Shown: positions 24,749-37,992, counted from the first letter of the whole stretch. The stretch: DNA of 63,212 nucleotides, filler included, from Octopus bimaculoides (GCF_001194135.2; 5 parts of 5 records of this genome joined end to end with filler, not necessarily neighbours in it); one strand, 5' to 3'. Notes: a model not told the origin generated them from the letters alone. Numbers and translations: made by a program.

Positions 24749-25818
24749 GTAAATCCTATTTATGTTTTTGATAATTTGTGAATCAATGATTTTTTTTTTC
24801 TTTCAGAATTTAAATGTTTTTTTTTTTAATTGTTTGCGAAAAAATGTTTTGATTTTGCGAATTGTTGAAATACTTGTAGATAAACGTAAGCTTTCTCTTT
24901 AATAGGCCACAGTATTTTAAACTGTGATCGTTTTNNNNNNNNNNNNNNNNNNNNNNNNNNNNNNNNNNNNNNNNNNNNNNNNNNNNNNNNNNNNNNNNNN
25001 NNNNNNNNNNNNNNNNNNNNNNNNNNNNNNNNNNNNNNNNNNNNNNNNNNNNNNNNNNNNNNNNNNNNNNNNNNNNNNNNNNNNNNNNNNNNNNNNNNNN
25101 NNNNNNNNNNNNNNNNNNNNNNNNNNNNNNNNNNNNNNNNNNNNNNNNNNNNNNNNNNNNNNNNNNNNNNNNNNNNNNNNNNNNNNNNNNNNNNNNNNNN
25201 NNNNNNNNNNNNNNNNNNNNNNNNNNNNNNNNNNNNNNNNNNNNNNNNNNNNNNNNNNNNNNNNNNNNNNNNNNNNNNNNNNNNNNNNNNNNNNNNNNNN
25301 NNNNNNNNNNNNNNNNNNNNNNNNNNNNNNNNNNNNNNNNNNNNNNNNNNNNNNNNNNNNNNNNNNNNNNNNNNNNNNNNNNNNNNNNNNNNNNNNNNNN
25401 NNNNNNNNNNNNNNNNNNNNNNNNNNNNNNNNNNNNNNNNNNNNNNNNNNNNNNNNNNNNNNNNNNNNNNNNNNNNNNNNNNNNNNNNNNNNNNNNNNNN
25501 NNNNNNNNNNNNNNNNNNNNNNNNNNNNNNNNNNNNNNNNNNNNNNNNNNNNNNNNNNNNNNNNNNNNNNNNNNNNNNNNNNNNNNNNNNNNNNNNNNNN
25601 NNNNNNNNNNNNNNNNNNNNNNNNNNNNNNNNNNNNNNNNNNNNNNNNNNNNNNNNNNNNNNNNNNNNNNNNNNNNNNNNNNNNNNNNNNNNNNNNNNNN
25701 NNNNNNNNNNNNNNNNNNNNNNNNNNNNNNNNNNNNNNNNNNNNNNNNNNNNNNNNNNNNNNNNNNNNNNNNNNNNNNNNNNNNNNNNNNNNNNNNNNNN
25801 NNNNNNNNGAAATATACA

Positions 25819-26186
25819 ATGGCCCAGTGGTTCGGGCGAGCGGACTCGCGGTCATAGGATCGCAGTTTCGATTCCCAGACCGGGCGTTGTGAGTGTTTAT
25901 TGAGCGAAAACACCTAAAGCTCCACGAGGCTCCGGCAGGGGATGGTGGCGAACCCTGTTGTACTCTTTCACCACAACTTTCTCTTACTCTTACTTCCTGT
26001 TTCTGTTGTGCCTGTAATTCAAAGGGTCAGCCTTGTCACACTGTGTCACGCTGAATATTCCCCGAGAACTACGTGAAGGGAACACGTGTCTGTGGAGTGC
26101 TCAGCCACTTGCACGTTAATTTCACGAGCTGGCTGTTCCGTTGAACTAGAACCCTCGACGTCGTAAGCGACGGAGTGCCAACAACG
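25819..26186 (+). mobile_element. tRNA-headed SINE (family D, my label)
   Basis: A-box TGGCCCAGTGG, B-box GTTTCGATTCC, a distinct body and a CAACAAC tail. Confidence 0.6.
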
Positions 26187-26193
26187 ACATATA

Positions 26194-26225
<32 letters not shown>

Positions 26226-26476
26226 TACATATATATGTGTGTCTTTGTTTGCCCCCCTACCATCACTTCGCAACTGATGTTGGTTTGTTTACGTCCCCGT
26301 AACTTAGCGGCTCGGCAAAATAGACTGATAGAATAAGTACTAGGCTTACAAAAGAATAAGTCCTGGGGTTGATTTATTCGACTAAAGGCGATGCTCCAGC
26401 ATGGCCTCGGTCAAATGACTGAAAAAAGTAAAAGAATAAGGATTGAAACAAGCAGGAAAAAAAGATAAAAAACTTT

Positions 26477-26893
26477 GTAGGCATGTCTCTTTGGTAAGGA
26501 GCTTTCTTCCCAACCACATGGTTCTGGGTTCAGTCACACTGCATGGCACCTTGGTCAAGTCTCTTTTGCTATTCCCTTGGGTCGACCAAAGCCTTGCAAG
26601 TGGATTTGGTAGAGGGAAACTGAAAGAAGCCCATCGTATATATATGTATGTATGTATGTGTGTGTGTGTGTGTATCCTTGTGTCTGTGTTTGTCCCGCAC
26701 CACTGCTTGACAACCAGTGTTGGTGTGTTTACATCCCTGTAACTTTGTGGTTCAGCAAAAAAAGCCTGATAGAATCGGGGCCAGGCTTAACAAAAAAAAA
26801 AAAAAAGGGTCAGTTCATTTGACTAAAAAAAATTGCTCAAGGCAGTGCCCCAGCATGGCCGCAGTCTGATGACTAAAACAAGTGAAAGATAAA
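26477..26893 (+). mobile_element. SINE family A, full length (preceded by a tail-only copy at 26235-26440)
   Basis: Head and tail match 1376-1775. Confidence 0.75.
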
Positions 26894-27678
26894 AGGCTGG
26901 TGGCAGCGGTGGGGATGAGGTTATGTTTTTAATAAGAGGAGAGCCTGGCTCACTAATCAAATGAATGACCTTTGGCAACTTACTGACCTTTGACCTTATT
27001 GAGAGAGAGAGAGAGAAAAGCAGAAACACAATTTCTTGTTGAGCATCCTTGTTGTTTAACCCCAGGTCATCCCTGAAACAGCAGCCAGACCCACATCCGA
27101 AGGTCATTCCAGACATGATCTTACTAACATTTCTTCTGGAATAGTGTAGCTTGGCCTACACTATCCTATGTGTCCTTTTGTAAGATGGTAGCGAGTGGTT
27201 TCAGGGAGATTCAGCTGTTATTTTTAGCAGGGTGAATGACCTGTAGGAGTTTCCTTGTTGTTGTTAGTTAGATCCGGATCATTCTGGATCAAGCCGACAT
27301 ACCATAAAATGCTATTCCAAGTATGACTAACCTTTCTTTTATTACGGCGTAATGTATCTAAGAATACATCATCTGATGTGTTCTTTATTCCTGTTGTTGA
27401 AACCCAAGACAGGGTGTGTGTGTTTGTTTATGTGTGTATTGTAAATAGACACTATAAAGGTGTGTATGTATGTATGTGCATATATATATATATATATATA
27501 TATACATACACATATATACATACACACACATATGCATAGAGAGAGAGTTCAGGTAAAGTTGCGTCTGATGATGTAATGTTATGTAATGGATACAAATTCC
27601 TTGATATAAACTGATACCAGTTAGTTGCCTCTTCATATTTTCATATGACCGCATCTCTCGAGCTGAAACTAGTAAATA

Positions 27679-28069
27679 GGTGCAGGTAGGGCTGTGTGGT
27701 AAGAGGCTTGCTTCCCAACCGCATGGTTCTGGGTTCATGTCCCTCTGCATGGTACGTTGGGCAAGTTTCTTCTACTGTGGCCTAATGTTGACCAAAGCCT
27801 TGTGAGTGGATTTGGTATATGGAAACTGAAAGAAGCCCATCATGTATGTGTGTGTGTTTTGTCCCCCCCCCCATCCACCACTTGATAGCTGGTGTTGGCG
27901 TGCTTACGTCCCTCTAACTTAGCAGTTCAGCAAAAGAGATTGATAGAATAAGTATCAGGCTTAATAGAAAAAAACATTAGTACTAGGGTCAATTCATTTG
28001 ACTAAAAAATATTCTTCTAGGCAGTGCCCCAGCATGGCCACAGTCCAGTGACAGAAACAAGTAAAAGAA
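27679..28069 (+). mobile_element. SINE family A, full length
   Basis: Head and tail match 1376-1775. Confidence 0.75.
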
Positions 28070-28376
28070 TTGTGACCAGTGATGTATAACAAAATCTCAT
28101 AGTCTGGTCAGTCATGTGATCACATGGTATATTTGCTAACATGGTAAAGATGAGGTAAATGCTTAAGAAAACTATTAATAAACCTTTTCAGATAATTTAA
28201 ACATTTAATTTTTTTTTTTGTATGATCACAGTAAAATAGTAACTAATCAGGTGTGAATGGTCACCCACCTGATGTATTCTCAGATATACATAGCCAGTCA
28301 CCTGGTACTACAAACTTTGCTGAATTTATCTTTTGTTCGTATTATGAATATTAAATCTTTATATTTTATTTTACAG

Positions 28377-28460
28377 AAATATGTCGAAGAGCTGAAAGCA
28401 AAAGAGGGTGATATTTCAGCTTTGGTTAAACTTGCTGACAAATTCCGTGATGACACCCAG
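28377..28460 (+). CDS. MACF1: Spectraplakin exon
   Basis: TTTTACAG|AAA...ACCCAG|GTAAGT, 84 nt, phase 0-0, KYVEELKAKEGDISALVKLADKFRDDTQ (helix B). Confidence 0.85.
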
Positions 28461-28574
28461 GTAAGTTATTGGTTAGGGCTAAATGTATGTTGGCGATAAT
28501 TATGAATATGACTAATTAGTAAACAGTGGTCTCTTATTTAATGCATAGTGTTGTGTGAATTAGTGAATTTATTA

Positions 28575-28810
28575 ATACATTCGACAGTGTAACACACCAC
28601 ACTACATTCGACAGTGTAACACATTACACTGTGTTTAAGTGTATCACACTACACTGCATTTGACAGTGTAACACATACACTATGCTGTTTGACAGTGTTA
28701 TACTTACACTGCATTATGCTTGACAGTGTAACATATTACATCTAATAGCATTACACTTCACTTCATCTGGCAGTGTAAACCACACTTACACTACAGTTGA
28801 TAGTGTACCA
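28575..28810. repeat. Degenerate ~27-30 bp minisatellite (GACAGTGTAACAC core)
   Basis: About seven recurrences of TTCGACAGTGTAACAC-like units. Confidence 0.7.
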
Positions 28811-28854
28811 ACATTTTCCTATTACAGGTGACTGTGTAAACCTTACAGTTAGAG

Positions 28855-28995
28855 AAGGTGTGTGGCCTAGTAGTTACAATGTGGCCCTCACAGTTATTAG
28901 ATTGTAGTTCAATTCCTGGACCGGATTGTGCATTGTGTTCTTGAGCAAGACACTTCATTTCATGTTGCTCCACTCTGATCAGCTATAAATGGGTA
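28855..28995 (+). mobile_element. SINE family C, diverged
   Basis: TGTGGCCTAGT...GTTCAATTCC.GGACCGG...TGTGTTCTTGAGCAAGACACTT...TGTTGCTCCA. Confidence 0.6.
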
Positions 28996-29389
28996 ACCAT
29001 GTGGCAGATAGACATACGAAGGTGAGATGGTGACTCAAGAAAGACAGCCAAATGGAGGCCTCATGAGCCACGTTTTGTATTCAGTGATCAAAAGGATGAA
29101 ATGGTACAACCCATTCTCTGAATCCCGATTGGTTAGGATTGGTTGTTTGACCACATTGAAGGACGATGATGAGGTAACACTTAACATTGTGTTACATAAG
29201 ACTCCTGTTTTATATATGATTCGTATATCAGATTGTCTTTTATAATCTTAGAATTACTGACATAGTTACTGCCATTTTAGATTATTGTTGTCTGTTGTTG
29301 GTTGTTAATTAATTAAAGAATTTAATTAGAGCCTCAAGTTATGAACTTATTTCTGCAACACATTCTTTGAATATTTTCTCTATTTGTAG

Positions 29390-30517
29390 GAATTTATGAA
29401 TGGAGTTGACCGGTACCGTAAATGTGTCCACATTCTTCCAACCATCAAAGAAGAAACAGAAGAATCGGCAATGATTGATGATGAAATCGAGGCCCTGGAG
29501 GGCAAATATCGATCGATTGTGCAAGAATCCGAACGTTATTTGGCAAAGTTGGCCTTCGCCCTAAAACATGACAAAAGCTTCCAAGAACTTTCCAACAAAC
29601 TCAATTCCAATTATTCTGATATAAAAGCCAAGTTTGATGGAATCACAGATGGTTCTGATGCCACGAAGGATTCCAGTGAAGCCTACCAACTTGAAAAGGT
29701 GAAGCAGTTGAAAGTTAATGTTTTGAATCAAGAGAAACGAATACGAGACTTGCAGCATGTTGGCACTAAATTGGTCGATGAACTAAATGAGCTGAACATG
29801 ACACCAAAAGCGAACAGTGTGAAAGATGTGATGGAGAATAAGAAAGCTGTTCATAAAGACCTTTACCATGCCATCGAGGGTAAAGAAGGAGTCTTGAATT
29901 CAGCATTGTCTGAATCTAAGAATGCGATAAAGCAGCTTGATAATCTTGGAGTGCAGTTGTCTTCGATTGAAGATGAACTCATGAGGAATCCAGAAATCTG
30001 TCTCGAAAAGCAAGGTTTGGAAGAACAGATCCACGAACAGAGAAGGATTCAAGCTGACCTGAGCACCAACAAAACATTACTGGAGAATCTGTTGAAGGAA
30101 TCCTCAGATGTTAATGGTGCCAGAGAAAAAATCTTGGACTTAAATGAACGCATTGCAAACGTAGAGTCGTTGTCAGAGAGACGCATTTCTGATCTGGAGG
30201 AGGTGATGGGTAACATTGAAGATTTGGAGGACAAAATTGGAGTGATGAAATCTTGGTTGACGTCTTCTATTGGCATGATTCAGCAGAATGGTGAAGGACC
30301 CTCGCAGAACTTACATATGTTTAAATCAAAAATAGATGCTTTGTATGCTGAGAAGAAATCTAAAGAACCTGATATAAATGACATCAAGGAATTGGTAAAA
30401 CACATTGCTGGAAAGGAGAACGTGTCCAATGGATGTCATTTGAAAGAAGCTGCTGCTGATGTACAAGAAGAATGGCATCAACTTACAGAATTATTGGTCC
30501 AGAAAGTTTCAGTCGAG
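29390..30517 (+). CDS. MACF1: Spectraplakin large exon (376 codons, several spectrin-like repeats)
   Basis: TTTGTAG|GAA...GTCGAG|GTAATT, 1128 nt, phase 0-0 and stop-free. It is helical and E/K/L-rich, with the motifs VMKSWL and EEWHQL. Confidence 0.9.
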
Positions 30518-30719
30518 GTAATTTGCTTTCTCTTTTGTTTATTTTGGTACATATGGCTGAGGAGTTAAGAAGCTTGCTTCCCAACCACATGGTTTTGGGT
30601 TCAATCTCACTGTATGGCATCTTGGGTGAATGTCTTCTATGGTAGCGGCTCCCAACCAGCCCAACCATAAATGCATTGTGAGTGACTTTGGTTGACAGTA
30701 ATTATATATAGTGTGTGTG

Positions 30720-30960
30720 TAGGGACATGTGTTAGAATGCGAAAGGAAAGATTCACAAGACAGATTCTTCAAGCCAATCCAACTGGCCAGAGACATGTGT
30801 AGACCAAGAAGGAGATGGTTGGACAATGTCCATAGACTCAGTCGGTCACACTTGGGAATCTGTCGGAGAATGTAATGATGGTGCTTCTGATAGGACCCTA
30901 TGGAAGAGGTTCCTGAAGACTCTACCCCCATGACCCTTTCAAGAATAGTGAATGGGGAAA
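30720..30960 (+). mobile_element. RTE-clade LINE 3' fragment, preceded by a SINE A head at 30550-30715
   Basis: Joined frames read GHVLRMRKERFTRQILQANPTGQR..RPRRRWLDNV...DRTLWKRFL, typical of the RTE C-terminus GHV.RM...R..GRP..RW.D. Confidence 0.7.
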
Positions 30961-31744
30961 AAATGGATGTGTGTGTGTGGAGAGTTGCGTGAATGTTTGT
31001 ATTCTGTGTGCTTTGTTTGAAAAACTGTTGAGCTACAAAAGTGAAATTTGAGTGATTCCTGGTCAACAAATTGTCCTCTGGCCTTTCAAGATGATTATGG
31101 AATGAGGGACCTCTTACTTGAAAAATACAGATCAGAGTTAGTGACAGGAAGAGCATCCAGCAGTAATGCAATGCTGAATTATGTATATTTGTCTAATCCC
31201 TGCTCTTGTGGGAAATTGGACGTAAAATCATGACTGAATTTTTCTCCTGATCAACATCACTTCAAGGTGTTACTCAGATATTCAAACAGTTTTTACATTC
31301 ATCAGGAGGAAGATCAAATTTCTTATCCTATGTTTTTCCTTTTATTCTTGAAACTGTTCTGAGTGGTCAAGAAAATGAACAAAGGATCCTGGTTTTGGCC
31401 AAAAGGCCAGCAATTTCAAGGGGAAGCAGAACAATTCAAAGCAGTGATTTCCAACGTGGGGCATACACACCCACCAGTGGGGCCTGGGAAAATTGTGGTG
31501 TGGCATTGTGCCAGTCACCAAGCACAAGGATCTCACTAAAGTGATTCACTTAGTCAAAAATGTACTTTTTTTTGTACTCTGTACTTGACAAAAGAGTTAC
31601 TGGGTTGATTCTTTTGTATTAAATAATAGTGATAAAATATTAAAAATCAAGTTGTATTTTCCCAACCACTGGTGGGGCATAGATTTTTCTGGAAAGTTAT
31701 GGTGGGGCCTGGGTGGGGAAATAGGTTGGGAGACACTGGTTGAT

Positions 31745-31906
31745 AGTGTTAACTCCAGTACATGACAGGTACTTTGTTTTACCAACTCTGAAAGCATGAA
31801 AGGTAAAGTTGACCTTGGCGGAACTTGAACTCGGAACATAGAGACAGGTGAAATATCGCTAAGCATTCCATCCAGTATGCTAAAGATTCCGCCACCTTGC
31901 TGCCTT
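31745..31906 (-). mobile_element. SINE family B, reverse
   Basis: Reverse complement of family B, lying just upstream of the 31963 acceptor. Confidence 0.65.
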
Positions 31907-31962
31907 CTTTATCATAATAATGATGATGATGATGATGATGATGATGGTAATTTTTGTTTCAG

Positions 31963-32082
31963 GCTTTGACTGAAATTGAAAGTATGTTGAAATACATGGA
32001 TAAAGCTGAGAATGAGATCAACACAGCTGAGTCTGTGAGTTCTGATCCTGACACACTCACTGTTCAACTGAGAGACCACCAG
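31963..32082 (+). CDS. MACF1: Spectraplakin exon
   Basis: TTTGTTTCAG|GCT...CACCAG|GTAAGA, 120 nt, ALTEIESMLKYMDKAENEINTAESVSSDPDTLTVQLRDHQ. Confidence 0.88.
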
Positions 32083-32708
32083 GTAAGAGAAATAATAATA
32101 ATAATAATAATCGTAATAATAATAATAATGGTTTTGAATTTTGGCACGAGGCCTGCAATTTTGTGAGGTTGGGGTTAAGATTGGTTAAGATTGTAAAACT
32201 GTTCCTTAAAGGTAATTACAGTCATTAAATAATGTAAGACACATATCAGGTGTGGGTTATTTTATGCTGGGCAAGGAGATACAACATAATGTGACCTCAA
32301 CATAACTGCCAACGTACCCTAAGCAATTTCTTGTAGATTTGTGCTAACAGACTGATATTTTGGTTTGTTTTCAGTATTTTATTATTAGTAACAATTATTG
32401 TACCTAGAAAACTTATGCTCACACAGTTCCATAGCCCATGACATTTAGTTTCTTATCTCTATTACAGCAACATTAGATGCAGGGCAATTTTTTTTTACAA
32501 AAGCATGTTTTATATGTTGGCAGATATGGTAATTGGTTAAGATTGTAAAACTTCCTTAAAGGTAATTACTGTCATTAAATAATGTAAGACACATATCAGG
32601 TGAGGGTTATTTATGCTGGGGAAGGAAATATGACATAATGTGACCTCAGTTTAGCTGGCAACATACGGTAAGCAAGGAAAGTAAAGAGAACATTTTATTT
32701 ATTTGCAG

Positions 32709-33035
32709 GTGTTCCATGACGATCTCAACATGAAGAGAAACTGCGTGAAAGAGATAATTAATAAATGTAATCTCATGTTGCGAGAGACAACCAACACGCA
32801 AACAGAAGCAATTAAATCACGGCTCGATAGCATCCAGACCCAAGCAGATATCGTTTGTCAACTCAGTTTGGATCGCTTGCAACACCTTGAAAGTGCCTTG
32901 CCCCTAGCGTCCCATTTTAGTGAGAACCAGGCGGAAATATCTGCTTGGCTTGAAGAAATGGAGGCAGAGCTTAAAACTCAAAACACATCTGGTGAAAACT
33001 TGGATCAAGTGAAAAAACAATTGGATAATTTGAAG
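32709..33035 (+). CDS. MACF1: Spectraplakin exon
   Basis: TTTGCAG|GTG...TTGAAG|GTAAGA, 327 nt, VFHDDLNMKR...LESALPLASHFSENQAEISAWLEEMEAEL...QLDNLK. Confidence 0.9.
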
Positions 33036-33174
33036 GTAAGAATGGATAAATTACAGGTATGAATGGTTAATCTAAAAATGAGAATGGGTAAATTAAAAGT
33101 AAGAATAATTAATTGATGGTGAGAATGAAGAATTGTGGAGGTGATAATTTAAGAGTATGAACAAATAATTGTTT

Positions 33175-33607
33175 TCTTATTTTGGTACAAGACCATCAAT
33201 TTTGAGGGGTTGGGAAATCAATTACATTGACTCCAGTGCTTAACTGGTACTTATTTTATTGACCCCAAAAATGATTAAACACAAACTCAACCTCAATAGA
33301 GTTTGAACTCAGAATGTAAAGATGGACAAAATGCGGGTAATCATTTTGCCCTGCACAGTAATCATTCTGACAGCTCCATTGCTTTAAATAGATTTATAAT
33401 TATGGATTTCAAATTTTGGCACCAGGCCAGTAATTCTGGGGGAGGGGATAAATTGATTACATCAAACCCAGTGTTCAACTGGTACTTATTTTATCGATCT
33501 TGAAGGGATGAAAATCAAAGTTGACCATGGCAAAATTTGAACTCAGAACTTGAAGACAGATGAAATGCCGCTAAGCACTCTGCTCGGTGTGTTAACGATT
33601 TTGTCTG
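33175..33607 (-). mobile_element. Two tandem reverse SINE family B copies
   Basis: Family B reverse signature (TTTTGGCAC/TACAAG...ATTACAT...CCAGTG..AACTGGTACTTATTTTAT) at ~33175-33385 and ~33405-33607. Confidence 0.65.
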
Positions 33608-33656
33608 CTTGTCATTTAAATAAGCTTATAATTATGAACAATACATTCATGTATTA

Positions 33657-33966
33657 TTCTATTTTACTTGTTTCACTCATTATTTGACTGCAGCCATGCT
33701 GGAGCACCGCCTTAATTTATCGGTCTCTATTGCTGAACTGCTAAGTTATGGGGACATAAACACACCAACATCAGTTATGAAGCGATGGTAGGGGGGGACA
33801 AACACACACATACATGCATATATATAAACAACAGGTTTCTTTCAGTTTCTGTCTGCCAAATCCACTCTCAAGGCTTTGGTCAGCCTGAGGCTATAGTAGA
33901 AGACACTTGTCCAAGATGCTACATAGTGGGACTGAACCCGGAACCATGTGGTTGGGAAGCAAGCTT
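33657..33966 (-). mobile_element. SINE family A, reverse (left arm of a head-to-head pair)
   Basis: Reverse complement of the family A tail and head. Confidence 0.8.
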
Positions 33967-33989
33967 ATATATATATTTTTTTTTCACAT

Positions 33990-34356
33990 GCACAGGAGTG
34001 GCTGTGTGGTAAATAGCTTGCTTACCAACCACATGGTTCCAAGTTCAGTCCCACTTCATGGCACCTTGGGCAAGTGTCTTCTACTATAGCCTTGGGCCGA
34101 CCAAAGCCTTGTAAGTGGATTTGGTAGACAGAAACTGAAAGAAGCCTGTCTATATGTGTGTGTTTGTGTTTGTCCCCCCACCATCGCTTGACAACTGATG
34201 TTGGTGTGTTTACGTCCTCATAACTTAATGGTTCGGTAAAAGACACCGACGGAATAAGTACTAGGCTTACAAAGAATAAGTCCCAGGGTCGATTTGTTCA
34301 ACTAAAGGCGGTGCTCCAGCATGGCCGCAGTCAAATGACTGACACAAATAAAAGAA
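33990..34356 (+). mobile_element. SINE family A, forward (right arm of the head-to-head pair)
   Basis: Full head, microsatellite and tail. Confidence 0.85.
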
Positions 34357-35177
34357 TGCACACAATGAGGATATCCAGTCGACTGGGAGTTCCAGTTTTG
34401 CTAATTGGCTCACCTCACCGCTTGAACAAGTCTTCAGGTAAAACTTGAATTTCTAGTCACTTTGATATTCTCAATAAATTTGGTTCTTCTCTCAGTAGAA
34501 TCAAACCATAAATGAATGTTTATTTGTTATTGTTTAAAACTGCTTTAAAATGAATATTATTTTAATGTCTAAACATGCAGATATGTACATATATAATAGG
34601 TGGACAGATATTTGTTCATTTGTGTTGGTGCCATGGAAAGAGCAGTTGGTACACTTTGTAGAATTGAGCCAAGACAATGCTGGTTTGCTGCGGACAAGAC
34701 AACTTCTTTAGTGCTGATGCCACGGAAAAAAAAAATTACACTGTACACTCTGTAAAGTGGTTGGCATTAGGAAGGGCATCCAGCCATAGAAACTATAACA
34801 AAACTGAAACATTGGAGTACGGTACAGTCCTCTGACTTGTCAGATTCTGCCAAACTCGTGATTGTATGGAAAGCAAGAGATAAAATCATGAGGGTGATGA
34901 TGATGATCACATCTCAGACATTTAACAACCTTCAGTTAATATAGTTCTTCTGCCTAATTACAAAGTTGACATCAGCTTCACACAGTACCCCACACTCCAT
35001 ATGTTTCTTGGTCCTATTTTTAGTCTAAATCTGGCAATATTCCTTGATTTATTTCCTATTTTAAAAAAATTTTCATTTTATTTTTTTATTTTTACATCTG
35101 TTAATCATAATCGAACTTTGAATATTCTTCAGAACTTCTTTTGTTCTTTTAATTCCATGTTCTTCTTTGTCTCTTAG

Positions 35178-35387
35178 GTTACTCAGAAGATCATCGAGGA
35201 TCACAAGCCATTTGTTGAAGACCTGAAGGATACAGGCATGGAATTAATGGAATTCTGTGGGGACGATGATTCTGATGACCTCCAAAATAAGTTGCTAAAC
35301 ATTATTACAAAATACGACAATTTGAAGTTACAAGCTCGACAAAAAGCCCAGAAACTTATGGAACAACGAAAAGCCATGACACAAGAG
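35178..35387 (+). CDS. MACF1: Spectraplakin exon (absent from the ORF track)
   Basis: TCTCTTAG|GTT...CAAGAG|GTAAGC, 210 nt, VTQKIIEDHKPFVEDLKDTGMELMEFCGDDD...YDNLKLQARQKAQKLMEQRKAMTQE. Confidence 0.9.
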
Positions 35388-37096
35388 GTAAGCAGAGCAC
35401 CATTGTCATAATTAACAGTGCCATTACCATAATCAAGAGTGTCAATTCTATGGTTAAAGGCGCCACTGCCATAATTAAACCATTTCAATTAATCAATGTT
35501 GCATTGTTGGTTTTTTTTGTTGTAAATCTTTTATATAAAGTTCTCATTGTGAAAGAAATAACATTCAGTTGTATTTGGGATTTTATTGAGTCTAAAATAG
35601 GGTGTGGCTGTGAACTGGGTGCTCAATAAAGACCCTAGTATATTAAATATATTGAATCATACATAGTGCCACCAACTCCTGAATAGAGATGGAGGAAGTA
35701 TTCTGTAATTTATACACTAGAGACTCTCTTGTCACTTCGACAACCGAGGGTTTAGAAAGACAGCTGCATGATATCCATGGTTCAGTGTTTTGTTGTCCAC
35801 TGCACTTACGAAGAAACTGTGATAATGTTGGTGTCTTGGTTTCTTGAACAATCTGCATGATGACTGTTCTTATGATGGTGGACATGGTTTGTGCAGTGCC
35901 AGTTCCACCCTCTTGGCATTCAGACTTGTAAATGGCTTGGTGCAACAAGTGCCAAAAGCCTAACAGTTACCAGGGAGGCAGGATTTATATGGTGATATCT
36001 TCTCTTAGATGAGAAGCTAAAGAGCTGAAAGGCCTCATCTGCCTTGGGTCCATTGGTGTGTCTAATTGAACCACAGCTGTGACTCTCACAGGTGCCACTG
36101 CTTTGGGTCTGGGTAGACTTGGGAGCAATAGTCACTAAGAGATGATTCCACACTCTTAAACTAGGGCTCTACTACCGGATGTAGTTTAAAATCGAACCCA
36201 GAACAAGCTGCAATATAAAAGAAGCTAATTAACTAATTAACAATTAGAACATACTTCTAAGGTATTGTTTTTTTTAACCCTGGGTTGACCCTTATCAAGA
36301 AGACTTATGATCAGAGAAATTCCAGTAATGACCATCCTGTCTTTTTTTTTAGGGGTATCTAGACTGCTTTCTTATATGTTCTCCTTTCTGCTAATTTTAT
36401 TAACAAAACATAATTTGACCCAAGCCTTTAATGGAAGCCACTTACCCAAGGTGCTCCACAGTGGATTGAACCTGGAACCATCATCATTTAGTGTCTGTTT
36501 TCAATCCAGGCATGGGCTTAGACAGTTTGACTAGTATTATAAGCTGGAGAGCTGCCCCAAGTTCCGGTCTGATTTGGCTTGGTTTATATGGCTGGATGCC
36601 CACAAAACAAACTCCTTAACAAAATTGCCATCACACATCTGACCCCATTTCACTCATTTTAATATTCCTACCTTTAAATATACTTTCACATAATTAATAT
36701 TAACTGTCAGGTATGGCGATACTTGCAAACCTGGTTTTGTGGTAAGAAGTTTGCTTCCCAATTCTATGATTTCAAGTTTGGTCCCACTGCATGGCACCAA
36801 GGGCAAGTATCTTCTACTATAGCCCTTGGCTGACCAAAGCGTTGTGAGTGGATTTGATAGACGGAAACTGAAAGAAGGCCATTGTTTACTTATATAGTGT
36901 GTGTGTGTTACAAATGTTGTGATATCTGCCTTGGTATCTTTCAATATCCTTATTTCATTGTATGTATTATATATGTTGATATCCTCAATTCATGATCATA
37001 TTTAGTTATCAAATGGCAGAATGTTACGCGCACACGCACACACACACACGCATGCATGCATTTATATATATATATATTTTTTTTTTATTTTTTTAG

Positions 37097-37216
37097 GTTT
37101 CTGATACTCTAGAAAACCTTCTTGAGGATTTAGCTGAAATGGACCAGACCATCAATAATGTTGACCCAATTCCAGCAACTCCAGACAAATTATATGAAGA
37201 AATCGAAGATAATAAA
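37097..37216 (+). CDS. MACF1: Spectraplakin exon (absent from the ORF track)
   Basis: TTTTTTAG|GTT...AATAAA|GTAAGT, 120 nt, VSDTLENLLEDLAEMDQTINNVDPIPATPDKLYEEIEDNK. Confidence 0.88.
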
Positions 37217-37229
37217 GTAAGTTATTATT

Positions 37230-37264
<35 letters not shown>

Positions 37265-37400
37265 TATTAGACTATTAAATTCATTATGAAATGTCATTAG
37301 ATATACAGCAGTGCCCCAGCATGGCCACAACTCACTGGCCAAAATTAGTAAAAGCATACAATGCTGGTGCTGGACTCCTGAAACTATATTTCCATGTGAG

Positions 37401-37436
<36 letters not shown>

Positions 37437-37780
37437 NNNNNNNNNNNNNNNNNNNNNNNNNNNNNNNNNNNNNNNNNNNNNNNNNNNNNNNNNNNNNNNN
37501 NNNNNNNNNNNNNNNNNNNNNNNNNNNNNNNNNNNNNNNNNNNNNNNNNNNNNNNNNNNNNNNNNNNNNNNNNNNNNNNNNNNNNNNNNNNNNNNNNNNN
37601 NNNNNNNNNNNNNNNNNNNNNNNNNNNNNNNNNNNNNNNNNNNNNNNNNNNNNNNNNNNNNNNNNNNNNNNNNNNNNNNNNNNNNNNNNNNNNNNNNNNN
37701 NNNNNNNNNNNNNNNNNNNNNNNNNNNNNNNNNNNNNNNNNNNNNNNNNNNNNNNNNNNNNNNNNNNNNNNNNNNNNNNN

Positions 37781-37813
<33 letters not shown>

Positions 37814-37992
37814 ATTTCTCTTGACCTTCTTTGGAGCAGGGTGAGGAGGGGTGTTTCCACTGCATGGATTGTCTTTTTTCTCTGGCTCAAAGTGATGAAC
37901 TCAACACTCATGAGTGAGTGCCATGTTACTTGACTCATAAGTTATGACTTATTCAAGCAATATAACAATAAATCTGGTTCATATTACTTGCC

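Noticed and set aside
24810-25913. Long ORFs spanning N runs (also near 16400-17360, 37190-37865, 48130-49050, 53060-53780)
   Set aside because: They are artefacts of translating gaps and flanking microsatellites.
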